A DNA stretch of 64,000 nucleotides from a virus. This document shows positions 27,669 through 36,390 of the stretch, piece after piece. The stretch covers positions 1-64,000 of IMG/VR virus record IMGVR_UViG_3300032431_000006; one strand, given 5' to 3'. Position numbers and translations under genes: made by a program. The notes beneath the pieces are model-generated. The model had not been told where the DNA came from and did not search any database. It was given only the letters and a program-made list of their open reading frames with translations. The first letter of the stretch is position 1. Every line of letters starts with the position of its first letter.

Positions 27669-27831
27669 TCCGGGATTAACCGTGAGGAAGTGTAGATATA
27701 GATATACAAACAAAACGATCCCCGCTTCAACGGATCGAGGTTGTAGCGGGTAACGGCTGAGGCTATAGCAGCAAGGACTGCATTAAGGGCGATCGGATTT
27801 TAAAGGCGCGATCGACATCGCCCAGAAAGAG

Positions 27832-30800
27832 CTAGGAAGGCTCAGGAGGCAACCAATATAAGTCATCGCAAGCAATTAGCCACACCACGCCCTCGATCGT
27901 CACGCTAAAGCCTTCTCCTTCACAATCTATTAGCAATGCAGGCTCGATTTTAGGGCGATCGAGACTATTTGTTCGTACCCATACAGTTAAAAAATCACAA
28001 TCATCAGATTTATGCGAGTCCTCACCACCATTGACTCCTAGTGACTCGATCGCCCCGATCGCCCTCTCTGCAACCGTTTCACCCGTTAGCGAAGCCCTCG
28101 CAGAGGATCGCCCGCCGTTTTGTCCAAAAATGGGGCTATCGGGTGTATTTGTCGAATGATTATCATTTGTTTGTATATATATAGCAGGATCTTCGACTCC
28201 TGCTATAGTATGCCTTTGAAGCCCTTTGTAACGCTCAAAATCTATTGTTTCCGTTTGAGGTATATTACCATCATTAGAAGAAATCGGAACCTGTACGCTG
28301 TCCGGGTTTGGAGTTAACGGGCGCTGAATTTGGGGTAAATCTGAGATGTCTGCACCGAGTTTGAGTTGGAATCGGCGATCGACATATTGGATCAACTCTT
28401 CAAAATTGGCTGTGTGTGAGTGGGCGCGATCGTAATGATAGAAATTGACCCGCGCCCCTTCTACGCCTATAGTATGTACGGGTAGCCGTACTTGACGCTT
28501 TACGGGTTTAATGCCAAACATCGGCATGAGTATGCGGTTGATAAAATGCAAATTAGTAGCATCGCCGGGGTGTCCGGTAATTCGGGAAACGGTTTTATGC
28601 GATCGGATCTTGCCGATCAAATTCAGCACATCTTCAGACTGATCTGAGTAGCGATGCCCATCAGCCAATAGCTTAGGAAATCCCAAACGGTTTAAGGCTT
28701 CTATAATTACCCATCGATCGCCGATCCTGTCAGGTACGAAAAAATCTATGTCTTCTTTCCCCGCCCATTTTTGAGCTTGTAAAGCCTTAGACTCTTCTGG
28801 ATGAGTCAATAGCCAGAACATCTCAAGAGAGCTTGTTAAATCGCGTTCTGCATACCTCAGACGGTGAATAAGGTCGGCAGTCCACAAAAGAGAATCTTGC
28901 AAACCAGGAAATCGGTAGAGAATTTTGTATTTAAGAACGCTGCAACGTTCTATCCAAGTCGAGTCTATTTTTTTGCCGATCGCTTCGGCCTCTGAATCGG
29001 TAAGGTCGGGCGCGTTAAAAATCTGAGTGCATTCTACAATCTGTACTTCTAGCTTAGCAGTGCGATAGGCTTCTGAGTCTATCTCATAAGCCTCTACACG
29101 CTGCGGGGTCATGCCCATCGACTCAAAAGCAAGATATAGAAATTCTCGATAGTTGCGAGTTTCCAAATAGGAAATAGCCTGCATTTTTGCCCAGGCTTGT
29201 ACATGAGGACTGTCAAGTTGCGCGCGCAAAGTCGCCATAACTTTGTCCCCGATCGTACTTTCTGGAAACAAACCAGCTTCTGCTGTAATCCGCACTGCCA
29301 AATCTTCCATCAGCACCTGCTCAAACGCGCCCGCATTCCGTTTATGGTCGATCCCTACTTTGGGAGCGTATACAATAATCCGACCGGGATTCCTCACCCG
29401 TCGCGACATCTGCACGGCTTCATTTATTCCCACAACTCCGACAAACCAGCAAAACAGAGTATCAAACTTGCTGACTTTTTCAATAGACACACCGCTTTCT
29501 ACAGTGGGAGTGCATACCGCCCAATTAACGCGATCGGGATTAGCGTCAATATAATCGTCAGGCGCTCTCAGAAAGTCCCGAACCCATTTTTCGGTAACAG
29601 TTTTGCTAGTAATAAGTATGCCCTCACCTTTGAGTTTTCTCAATTGTTCTGCAATCGCTTCAGCCTTGATAATCGAGTCAACAACGATCGCGGGTAAAGC
29701 ACTCTCTAAAATTTGAAGATTAAGCCATTCCTCAGCCTTGCGTTTTGTAATAGTATTGTCATCTACAAAAAAGATCGGCGGGGTTTCCCGATCGCTAGTA
29801 TTTTCGTACAAATCGATCGTCTTTGTCGGGTCGATCGCCGCGACATAATCCACCATCCAGTCTGACATATTACCATCCATAAGTATTAGTCGGGCGCATA
29901 CCCTAACAATATACTCGAATCGAGTGATAATATCGAGACGCTTGCCTCGGAGTGTAGAGCTAGTTAGTAAATGTTTGATAGCCGTCATGGTTTCATCAAT
30001 CACCACGGTCGCGCCGTCAAAAATCTCGATCGGCAGTTTCAATAAACTATCAAAGCATAGGGCGACCCGTAGGTTGGGATCTTTGAAGCGCCCATAAGCA
30101 CTATGTATGTCAAGATGATCAAAATCCCATCTTTCACAAAGTTGCTCTTGTAAAGAATTCCTGTGTCCGATCGACACCATAACGCCGTCTGCCTCAGCTT
30201 TTTTAATAATCTTGCCGTTAATTTTGAAGGGTTTAACTTTACTAACAACATCACCAAACCATTGAGACTTACCTGAGTTGAGGTTAGATTTAACTATTGT
30301 GATGCTGTTTGCTTGCGGTTCTAAGGCTGCAAAAAAGCGATTGTGTGTCTTTTGACCTTTCTCATCAAAGCGTCTGTATTCGCGCCACATCCGTGTTTGC
30401 TCCATACTTTGCGCCGATCGCGAATCAGTCAAAGCTTTCTCTATGTCCGCAATCGCACCCGCTGCGAGATAATCATCGGCCCCTTTATAGGGGCCCGGTA
30501 AATTACAAATCTTGACGGTCGCTTTTTTGAATTGTCTGCTGAGTATGGCTGAGGCTTTAAATTCAACTGTCGCCTCAAAATCCTGATCAGGACGGCGATC
30601 GAACATTATATAAACCGTGCGACCGGGTTGGTCAAATTCTTTTAGCTCTTCCCGGATCAACCGCTCTTTAGTATTTCCCGATTCATCCCGAATCGCCTTA
30701 AACCCGGTAAATATACCAGGCAAACTTATCGCAGGTATTCCAGCACAAATTAACGCGGCCGCTTTTTTCTCGCCTTCTGTTATTACCACAGGCAAAAAAT

Positions 30801-31245
30801 AAGTTAAGACCCATTGCCAGTAAGTTAATGCGATCGGCTTAGGGATATTAAATCTTGCCTCAGCTAACTCGATCGCCCTTTGGGAAGGTGCAATAAATGT
30901 AATCGGGGTCGGCTTATCCGATGCGGCCATGTACCGCCGCGCGCTGCCATCACTATTTTTAAAAGGTGATCCGCCTAAGTGTCTAATTCTACCATTGCAG
31001 ATCCAGCCTGTAAAATCTTGCACCTTATATAGGCTTCTCATCCACGGTGCAGAAACTCCAAAACCGCCCTGCAACTTGCGCGCTTTGTCGCCGTACACAA
31101 AATCAAAAGCGTCTACGCCCGTTATAGGGGAAAAGTTTAAAGCTTGCGTCTCAGTGTCGATCGCGCTTGCATCTAAATCTTTCTTAATCAGTGCTAATAA
31201 TCTTGGGGTAGTATCTAGCTTGACATACTCAATAAAATCTGCCAT
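27832..31245 (-). CDS. Toprim-domain primase / P-loop helicase fusion
   Basis: 1137 aa; VITEGEKKAAALICAGIPAISLPG plus an acidic FD..D block (Toprim / DUF3854-like), then P-loop-like NSGKS and a helicase-sized central region. Confidence 0.7.
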   Translation of the reverse strand: MADFIEYVKLDTTPRLLALIKKDLDASAIDTETQALNFSPITGVDAFDFVYGDKARKLQGGFGVSAPWMRSLYKVQDFTGWICNGRIRHLGGSPFKNSDGSARRYMAASDKPTPITFIAPSQRAIELAEARFNIPKPIALTYWQWVLTYFLPVVITEGEKKAAALICAGIPAISLPGIFTGFKAIRDESGNTKERLIREELKEFDQPGRTVYIMFDRRPDQDFEATVEFKASAILSRQFKKATVKICNLPGPYKGADDYLAAGAIADIEKALTDSRSAQSMEQTRMWREYRRFDEKGQKTHNRFFAALEPQANSITIVKSNLNSGKSQWFGDVVSKVKPFKINGKIIKKAEADGVMVSIGHRNSLQEQLCERWDFDHLDIHSAYGRFKDPNLRVALCFDSLLKLPIEIFDGATVVIDETMTAIKHLLTSSTLRGKRLDIITRFEYIVRVCARLILMDGNMSDWMVDYVAAIDPTKTIDLYENTSDRETPPIFFVDDNTITKRKAEEWLNLQILESALPAIVVDSIIKAEAIAEQLRKLKGEGILITSKTVTEKWVRDFLRAPDDYIDANPDRVNWAVCTPTVESGVSIEKVSKFDTLFCWFVGVVGINEAVQMSRRVRNPGRIIVYAPKVGIDHKRNAGAFEQVLMEDLAVRITAEAGLFPESTIGDKVMATLRAQLDSPHVQAWAKMQAISYLETRNYREFLYLAFESMGMTPQRVEAYEIDSEAYRTAKLEVQIVECTQIFNAPDLTDSEAEAIGKKIDSTWIERCSVLKYKILYRFPGLQDSLLWTADLIHRLRYAERDLTSSLEMFWLLTHPEESKALQAQKWAGKEDIDFFVPDRIGDRWVIIEALNRLGFPKLLADGHRYSDQSEDVLNLIGKIRSHKTVSRITGHPGDATNLHFINRILMPMFGIKPVKRQVRLPVHTIGVEGARVNFYHYDRAHSHTANFEELIQYVDRRFQLKLGADISDLPQIQRPLTPNPDSVQVPISSNDGNIPQTETIDFERYKGLQRHTIAGVEDPAIYIQTNDNHSTNTPDSPIFGQNGGRSSARASLTGETVAERAIGAIESLGVNGGEDSHKSDDCDFLTVWVRTNSLDRPKIEPALLIDCEGEGFSVTIEGVVWLIACDDLYWLPPEPS
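28085..28113 (+). repeat. 29-nt dispersed repeat inside the primase-helicase CDS
   Basis: gttagcgaagccctcgcagaggatcgccc. Confidence 0.8.
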
Positions 31246-31365
31246 AATGTACCTACTATTTTAATTTTTCATTTGGGCGGTAGCTTTCAAGCGGTCGCCC
31301 ATTTTTTTTGCTGCATATAGTTTACACCAATTTTGACTTATTGGCAATGTCTATTCATTGCTGAT

Positions 31366-31384
31366 AATTCCCAACACTGGGAAC
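31366..31384. repeat. hairpin motif copy 21
   Basis: aattcccaacactgggaac. Confidence 0.9.
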
Positions 31385-31443
31385 CTATACGCTCTAAGGG
31401 TTTGAGCCGTTTTTGTGTCACCTTTTTAATCCTGTTCTATTCT

Positions 31444-31452
31444 ACTATACCA
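31444..31452 (-). promoter_or_regulatory. promoter (TGGTATAGT)
   Basis: Far upstream of the primase-helicase gene; implies a 5' UTR of about 190 nt. Confidence 0.5.
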
Positions 31453-31490
31453 TAGCATGAGACAAAACCCGGACGTTCGCTTCGATTTAA

Positions 31491-31565
31491 TCGCCTCGAC
31501 TCGATCGCCTCGACTCGATCGCCCCGACTCGATCGCCTCGACTCGATCGCCCCGACTCGATCGCC
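31491..31565 (+). repeat. 14-15 bp tandem repeat TCGCCYCGACTCGA, about 5 units
   Basis: Read directly, immediately upstream of E5. Confidence 0.85.
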
Positions 31566-31567
31566 CC

Positions 31568-31651
31568 GTCACAGAATAGGGAGAAAGTCACAGCACAAAC
31601 GTCATATTTATAATCTATATGACATTCTGTGACAGACTCAAACCTATACAG
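31568..31651 (+). repeat. composite element E5 (tail truncated by a gene)
   Basis: GTCACAGAATAGGGAGAAAGTCACAG...GTCATATTTATAATCTATATGACATTCTGTGACAGACTCAAACCTATACAG. Confidence 0.85.
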
Positions 31652-31658
31652 GGTATAG

Positions 31659-32123
31659 CTATCTCCCCTTTTTTTTGTAGCGCGCGGGTAGTTTTTGAGT
31701 TTTGGGAATAATGCCGGTGATACTTGACCAACTAATGCCACAGAGAATGCTGGAAATAGCGGCTCTAGAGACTTGATAGCGATCGGCAAGCTCGATCGCA
31801 CTAGATCCTGAGTCTGCCAAAGTCACAATGTCTCTAACTTGTGTCTCGGTTAGCTTAGCTTTTGGGTGATTCTCTCCCAGGTTGCAAGATTTAACGGTGC
31901 GATCGGGGGCGATCCTCTCCGTTGGCGCAGCCCCCGTAGGGGCGGGCTGCGCTAACGGGCCCGTGGCTAACTCAGAGATAAACCGAGTAAAGCTCACGTT
32001 GCAGCGGCGACAAACGAGCCGATAAAATCCATCTCCAGCGGTAGGGTAACGGCCCTTTCTGACTACCCGATCGCTAATCAAACATTGTGGGCAATTAACC
32101 GGGTATTTTGGAATGCCTGCCAT
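31659..32123 (-). CDS. zinc-ribbon plus helix-turn-helix DNA-binding protein
   Basis: N-terminal CPQC...CRRC; C-terminal NHPKAKLTETQVRDI...LADRYQVSRAAISSIL block, also present in 53898..54116; lies between two composite-element copies. Confidence 0.6.
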   Translation of the reverse strand: MAGIPKYPVNCPQCLISDRVVRKGRYPTAGDGFYRLVCRRCNVSFTRFISELATGPLAQPAPTGAAPTERIAPDRTVKSCNLGENHPKAKLTETQVRDIVTLADSGSSAIELADRYQVSRAAISSILCGISWSSITGIIPKTQKLPARYKKKGR

Positions 32124-32141
32124 ATTCAGTCAAATCTAAAC

Positions 32142-32189
32142 GTCATAGTTTATATTATATAGCATCATCTGTGACACCCCAAAATCCCC
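32142..32189 (+). repeat. composite element E6 (partial)
   Basis: GTCATAGTTTATATTATATAGCATCATCTGTGACACCCCAAAATCCCC. Confidence 0.6.
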
Positions 32190-32450
32190 ACAGACCAAAG
32201 GTTGCAAGCGCGGGGCGATCGGGAAATATTGAGAGGTTGCTTTGTAGTATACAGATGTTACAAGTAGTAGTATTAGGGGCGATTAAATCGAAGCGATCGC
32301 GCGATTTTGAGATGCAATTTGTAGGTGGAAACAAAACGCTGCACAAAATGGCTGAGTTCCTTATACAGCAAGGCGTTGAGGGTGGAAACTTTTCTAGCTA
32401 CGGAACCGATGGAGTGCCAGACATTGCCGCGGGTTAGTGCGATCGCCCGC

Positions 32451-32475
32451 AAAGATTAATCCCAGTGTTGGGAAG
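32451..32475. repeat. hairpin motif copy 22
   Basis: aaagattaatcccagtgttgggaag. Confidence 0.9.
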
Positions 32476-32532
32476 CGCGGGGCGATCGGGCGCAAAGATT
32501 TCTGAAACTGTCCTGATATTCTGCTGAAGTTC

Positions 32533-32606
32533 TGCTATAATATAAAAAACACCGCAAAGCTGTAAACTTCCGGTGCATTGAGCTAACCTACCTAAGAGGT
32601 CAACTA
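32533..32606 (+). promoter_or_regulatory. promoter TGcTATAAT plus conserved 5' leader L3
   Basis: ACACCGCAAAGCTGTAAACTTCCGGTGCATTGAGCTAACCTACCTAAGAGGTCAACTA-ATG. Confidence 0.7.
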
Positions 32607-33392
32607 ATGAGTATTATAACAGTTTTCAAGACAGAAATCCACATCGGCTCGATCACGATCGACGCTTACACTGGCAACCAAATCTCGTCAACTACCGGAA
32701 AATTTATCAACTATTTATCAGGTGCGGGGCTTGCAGCAAGTATCGGATTAGCCAATAGCACCACGTTGCAAAATCGGCTATCTGAAGACCTGAAAGCTAT
32801 GCTAGGAGCGGGTTTCACCACTATGCAAGGAACCTGCAAAAACGAATCAGGTGCTAAGTCAAAAATCAACCTGTGGGATACCACAAGCGCCGCAATCTAC
32901 TACCGATACCACGATAAAGAAAAAAATGTTTTAGCGGGCGCGATCGTGACTGCTTTGATTTCTACAACGATTGACATCATCATTGACGACTCAATGGGGC
33001 GGATGTATCAATCAGGAGAAGCAGCGGCGCGAGTAAAGGCAAGGCTAGCTGGGAAATATACCCGCCGATCGATTACCGATGCCTGTAAGTCTTGGTACGA
33101 TCGCCCGAATGTTGATTGCCCATTACCGCTTAAAGATGTTATTGCGAGTTGCACAAACCAGACCTACATGGCACGGTGGGGAGTAACCGCAGCGGAGATC
33201 CGATCGCATTTTGGACTCAAACCTGGTACTAATCCCCCAACACGCGACAGCCTCTCAGAACGCGCTTTAAAGGCTCTCGACTTTGCAGAGGCTAAAGTAT
33301 GCGAGGCGATCGATGAGTTCGATGCTATACCGCATATAGACGCTGTACAGATAGCGCGGGTAATGCCAGCCAAGGTTAAATTCTACGAATAG
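32607..33392 (+). CDS. paralog family B protein
   Basis: C-terminus KSWYDRPNVDCPLPLKDVIASCTNQTYMARWGVTAAEIRSHF is homologous to 19142..19993; conserved leader upstream. Confidence 0.75.
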   Translation: MSIITVFKTEIHIGSITIDAYTGNQISSTTGKFINYLSGAGLAASIGLANSTTLQNRLSEDLKAMLGAGFTTMQGTCKNESGAKSKINLWDTTSAAIYYRYHDKEKNVLAGAIVTALISTTIDIIIDDSMGRMYQSGEAAARVKARLAGKYTRRSITDACKSWYDRPNVDCPLPLKDVIASCTNQTYMARWGVTAAEIRSHFGLKPGTNPPTRDSLSERALKALDFAEAKVCEAIDEFDAIPHIDAVQIARVMPAKVKFYE

Positions 33393-33416
33393 CCCGCCCG
33401 ATCGCCCGCAACACCG

Positions 33417-33440
33417 AACCCGCCCCGCGCGGGTTTTTTC
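33417..33440 (+). terminator. rho-independent terminator (shared family)
   Basis: GAACCCGCCCCGCGCGGGTTTTTTC. Confidence 0.85.
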
Positions 33441-33458
33441 TTAGGTACGATCGCGCGC

Positions 33459-33482
33459 AAAGATTAATCCCAGTGTTGGGAG
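33459..33482. repeat. hairpin motif copy 23
   Basis: aaagattaatcccagtgttgggag. Confidence 0.9.
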
Positions 33483-33527
33483 TAACCGGAAACTTTTTTT
33501 AATGTTTCCGGTTTGTGTAACTTACTA

Positions 33528-33536
33528 TGGTATAGT
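33528..33536 (+). promoter_or_regulatory. promoter (TGgTATAGT)
   Basis: Preceded by hairpin AACCGGAAAC..GTTTCCGGTT. Confidence 0.6.
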
Positions 33537-33563
33537 ATAGCAGACACTAAAAAGCAAAAAACA

Positions 33564-33899
33564 ATGACACCATTATTAGCTCAGACTCGGATTGTGGTAC
33601 AAATTCAGTTTGTCGAAAAAGGATTCCCAGCCGCTTTAGGTGCTGATATTTTTGACGGCGTGACCAGAGATATTGAGGAAAATTGGTCTGAGGATCGCTT
33701 CATGGAGTGGACACAGGAACTAGAAGTAAGATATAACCGCTACACTCCTAAAGAATTAGTAAATGCTCATCACCTAGTAAATCGTATCACGGCTGATCAG
33801 GTCAAGCAATACCGGATCGAGGGTCACGCTGCTAAGCTTATCGATCGCGGTATGGAACCGCAAATAGCCACCGATGACGCGGTTAGCTTCTACTCTTAA
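33564..33899 (+). CDS. hypothetical protein
   Basis: Start moved to ATG 33564 because the track start overlaps promoter TGgTATAGT 33528-33536. Confidence 0.6.
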   Translation: MTPLLAQTRIVVQIQFVEKGFPAALGADIFDGVTRDIEENWSEDRFMEWTQELEVRYNRYTPKELVNAHHLVNRITADQVKQYRIEGHAAKLIDRGMEPQIATDDAVSFYS

Positions 33900-33928
33900 T
33901 TTCTAACCGCCCGATCGCCCGCAACACC

Positions 33929-33953
33929 GAACCCGCCCGGCGCGGGTTTTTTC
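33929..33953 (+). terminator. rho-independent terminator (shared family)
   Basis: GAACCCGCCCGGCGCGGGTTTTTTC. Confidence 0.8.
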
Positions 33954-33985
33954 TTGCCAGTCACGAGGCGATCGCGCGCAAAGAT

Positions 33986-34020
33986 AAAAAGCCTCTACCA
34001 GGAATGGTTAGAGGCTTTTT
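33986..34020. terminator. bidirectional terminator
   Basis: AAAAAGCCTCTAccaggaatggTTAGAGGCTTTTT, between convergent genes. Confidence 0.75.
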
Positions 34021-34024
34021 GTGA

Positions 34025-34327
34025 CTATTCGGTGTCGGTTGGCTCTTCAGTGTCGATATAGGTAAGGTCGGGCGCGATCGAGCCGTTCAGAATGCCCTCT
34101 CTGAGAGCTTGAGGCGTGATGCCCATTCTTTCTGCGAGTAGGGCTAACATCTCTCCCCGTTTGCCTTCACGCTCCCCTAGTTTAGAGCATAACAGAGATC
34201 CTGCCTCTTCTGGTAGCGATCGCCCTTTAAGCCAAGCTTCGATAGCCAGCATATACAGATAGTAGGGCGGTAGGTTGACATAGTACCGCCCGTGTTTGTT
34301 TGGGGCGATCGGGATTACTTTACTCAT
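34025..34327 (-). CDS. putative ribbon-helix-helix-like DNA-binding protein
   Basis: 100 aa from ATG 34327 (GGAG upstream); RYYVNLPPYYLYMLAIEAWLKGRSLPEEAGSLL fits a strand-helix-helix pattern; divergent from an HTH gene. Confidence 0.45.
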   Translation of the reverse strand: MSKVIPIAPNKHGRYYVNLPPYYLYMLAIEAWLKGRSLPEEAGSLLCSKLGEREGKRGEMLALLAERMGITPQALREGILNGSIAPDLTYIDTEEPTDTE

Positions 34328-34365
34328 TTTGGCTCCGAGATTAATTGGTATTTGTGCGGACATCT

Positions 34366-34371
34366 ATTATA
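34366..34371 (-). promoter_or_regulatory. -10 TATAAT for 34025..34327
   Basis: Minus strand reads gatacTATAATagatg, 38 nt upstream of ATG 34327. Confidence 0.45.
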
Positions 34372-34471
34372 GTATCACACACACCAAAGATTAATGATGC
34401 GATTTTGAAGCATGATTGTACCACGCTGGAATCAGGGTTGCAGCCAATTTGAACTATTTTTGATTTACCCC

Positions 34472-34500
34472 TTGACAGTTCCTGTTTAGTATGACATATT
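34472..34500 (+). promoter_or_regulatory. promoter TTGACA-17-CATATT with TG at -15/-14
   Basis: In the divergent region between the RHH-like and HTH genes. Confidence 0.5.
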
Positions 34501-34591
34501 AGTAGACATAGAGCGAAACGGCGACGGGCTAAGATTAGCACATCAAACGGGGGCTTTATAAAATACGCAATACAGAGTTAGACAGACAAAA

Positions 34592-34966
34592 ATGAGGTTA
34601 GCCCTTATGGAAACGGGGGAAGTGATCCCCCAAAGAAACACAAAACCGCAACAATGGACGCGCCGATCGCTCCAAAGACATCTAAAAGTATCGATCGAGA
34701 CTATTTACAAATGGGAATTTGAGATTCACTCGAATTTGTTAAAACTTCCCCACAGTTTCAATATCTGGCAATTCCTAGTAATGCAGTCAGAGGTAGAAAG
34801 AAAGAAACATCCACCGCTAGACGATTATCAAATTCATTGCTTGATTCTACTTTCTGAGCTAAGAAAAAAAGCATATCCAAACGATACGATCGCCCAAACA
34901 ATACAGGCTAATGAGCTTGCATTTTACAAGCTACACGAGAAATACAGCACAGCACACACACACTAA
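34592..34966 (+). CDS. putative HTH DNA-binding protein
   Basis: LQRHLKVSIETIYKWE helix-turn-helix-like segment; TTGACA-17-CATATT promoter upstream. Confidence 0.5.
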   Translation: MRLALMETGEVIPQRNTKPQQWTRRSLQRHLKVSIETIYKWEFEIHSNLLKLPHSFNIWQFLVMQSEVERKKHPPLDDYQIHCLILLSELRKKAYPNDTIAQTIQANELAFYKLHEKYSTAHTH

Positions 34967-34977
34967 GGAAAATTATC

Positions 34978-35463
34978 ATGTCTAAGAATCAACAGCCAAT
35001 GTCAGCACAACAATATAACACACTTAAAGCGGGTTATGCACAAAAGTTAGGATTCGATATCGACAAACTAACAGCCGACCAGGAGCACGAATTAGTAGAG
35101 TCGATGGCCGCAGCCGGGATATTGCGTCAGGACATCAAAGCACTACCAGGTAGCGGGGAGGTTAATGATGGTATTCCCAACACTGGGAATATAGAAGTCA
35201 GTTTGCATGAGGGAGTCAAATCAGCCACAGCAAAAAAAAGCAGAAGAGCGGCCGCTAGTACAGCCAGCCGTGACGCGGACATCAATCGGGTTTTAGTTAA
35301 TACGGCTCAACAATGGGATCAACTTGGTAATTTAGCAGCCGATGTCGCAGCGACCGCCTATAGCAATGCTTTTGATTCCAAGTTGACAGAGTTTATTGTT
35401 GAGGCTTTACCCGGTAGTCAATACACGGGAATGAGTGCAGCCGATTTTTTGTCAAGACATTAA
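34978..35463 (+). CDS. hypothetical protein
   Basis: 161 aa; carries an in-frame hairpin-motif copy (GIPNTGN). Confidence 0.6.
   Translation: MSKNQQPMSAQQYNTLKAGYAQKLGFDIDKLTADQEHELVESMAAAGILRQDIKALPGSGEVNDGIPNTGNIEVSLHEGVKSATAKKSRRAAASTASRDADINRVLVNTAQQWDQLGNLAADVAATAYSNAFDSKLTEFIVEALPGSQYTGMSAADFLSRH
35173..35190. repeat. hairpin motif copy 24 (inside a CDS)
   Basis: attcccaacactgggaat; translated in frame as IPNTGN. Confidence 0.9.
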
Positions 35464-35552
35464 GCACCCGCGATCGGGAGCAACTAGAGCAACTTAGGGC
35501 GCGCATAAGCGCCCTTGAAAACCAACTAACAACAGATAGGGAGCGATCGACT

Positions 35553-35663
35553 ATGCAATGGCTTAAACGCAAAATCAATGGGTTTCTAAAGCATCTACCG
35601 CCGGACAATCTGAGCAACATGGTATCACCAGTTAGTTTTTTTGAAGTAATGGGGTATATGTAA
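35553..35663 (+). CDS. small ORF (36 aa), or C-terminal extension reached by a -1 frameshift
   Basis: ATG 35553 with GGGAG upstream; stop abuts the next ATG; the frame is open from 35418. Confidence 0.3.
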   Translation: MQWLKRKINGFLKHLPPDNLSNMVSPVSFFEVMGYM

Positions 35664-35664
35664 C

Positions 35665-36378
35665 ATGGTTAAGGCAAAATCGACTAGCAAAAGCTCAAAA
35701 ATACCGGGATTAAATGCTGAGGATAGTTATGCAACCGGGCTAACTCTTAAAGTTCCTGTTACCAATGCCCAATATGCTGAGGTAGGCAATCTAACACCCG
35801 CAAAGGTTCGAGCTTTAAACATTAAGAAAGAGAATGCAAAATTACAGGTAGAGTGGGCCCGCGAATGGTTTGAGGCTGTTAAGGAATTAGAGGGAGCCAG
35901 AAAAGAAATAGAGGAAATTCGATCTAATATCGAAAAGTTACATTTCAAGACTGAGAAAGAAATTGACGAATACGTTTTAGCGTCGCTATTAGCTAAGGCG
36001 GCTTATGAAGAACATTTTAGGGAGTGGACAGCGCGAAAAACTGAAGAGTTAGGTCTGTTAACAAAAGTCACCGATGATGAGATCCGCGCGGTTAGTGCTG
36101 AATTTGCAGACAGAGTGCGGGTGTGGAAAGCGAAAACCGATCAACGTATTGCCGACAGTAGCGAAAAATCCGAGGCCTCGATCGCGCAATTTGGGAGGAA
36201 AAAAGACAACGGACAAGCGCAACGGGATGCTGAGGCTAGAGCGCGTTTAAAAGCTTTCACAAGTGGGAAGCCGATGGAATATGTCAATGCGATCGGATCA
36301 GAAAGTTCTGGTAATGGTTACACCCAAAATAGGGGGCAAAATTCATTGCTTGATAAATTATTCACTTTTGGCAATTAA
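35665..36378 (+). CDS. coiled-coil protein
   Basis: 237 aa, Glu/Lys/Ala-rich with heptad-like sequence. Confidence 0.65.
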   Translation: MVKAKSTSKSSKIPGLNAEDSYATGLTLKVPVTNAQYAEVGNLTPAKVRALNIKKENAKLQVEWAREWFEAVKELEGARKEIEEIRSNIEKLHFKTEKEIDEYVLASLLAKAAYEEHFREWTARKTEELGLLTKVTDDEIRAVSAEFADRVRVWKAKTDQRIADSSEKSEASIAQFGRKKDNGQAQRDAEARARLKAFTSGKPMEYVNAIGSESSGNGYTQNRGQNSLLDKLFTFGN

Positions 36379-36390
36379 TAGGACTAACTA

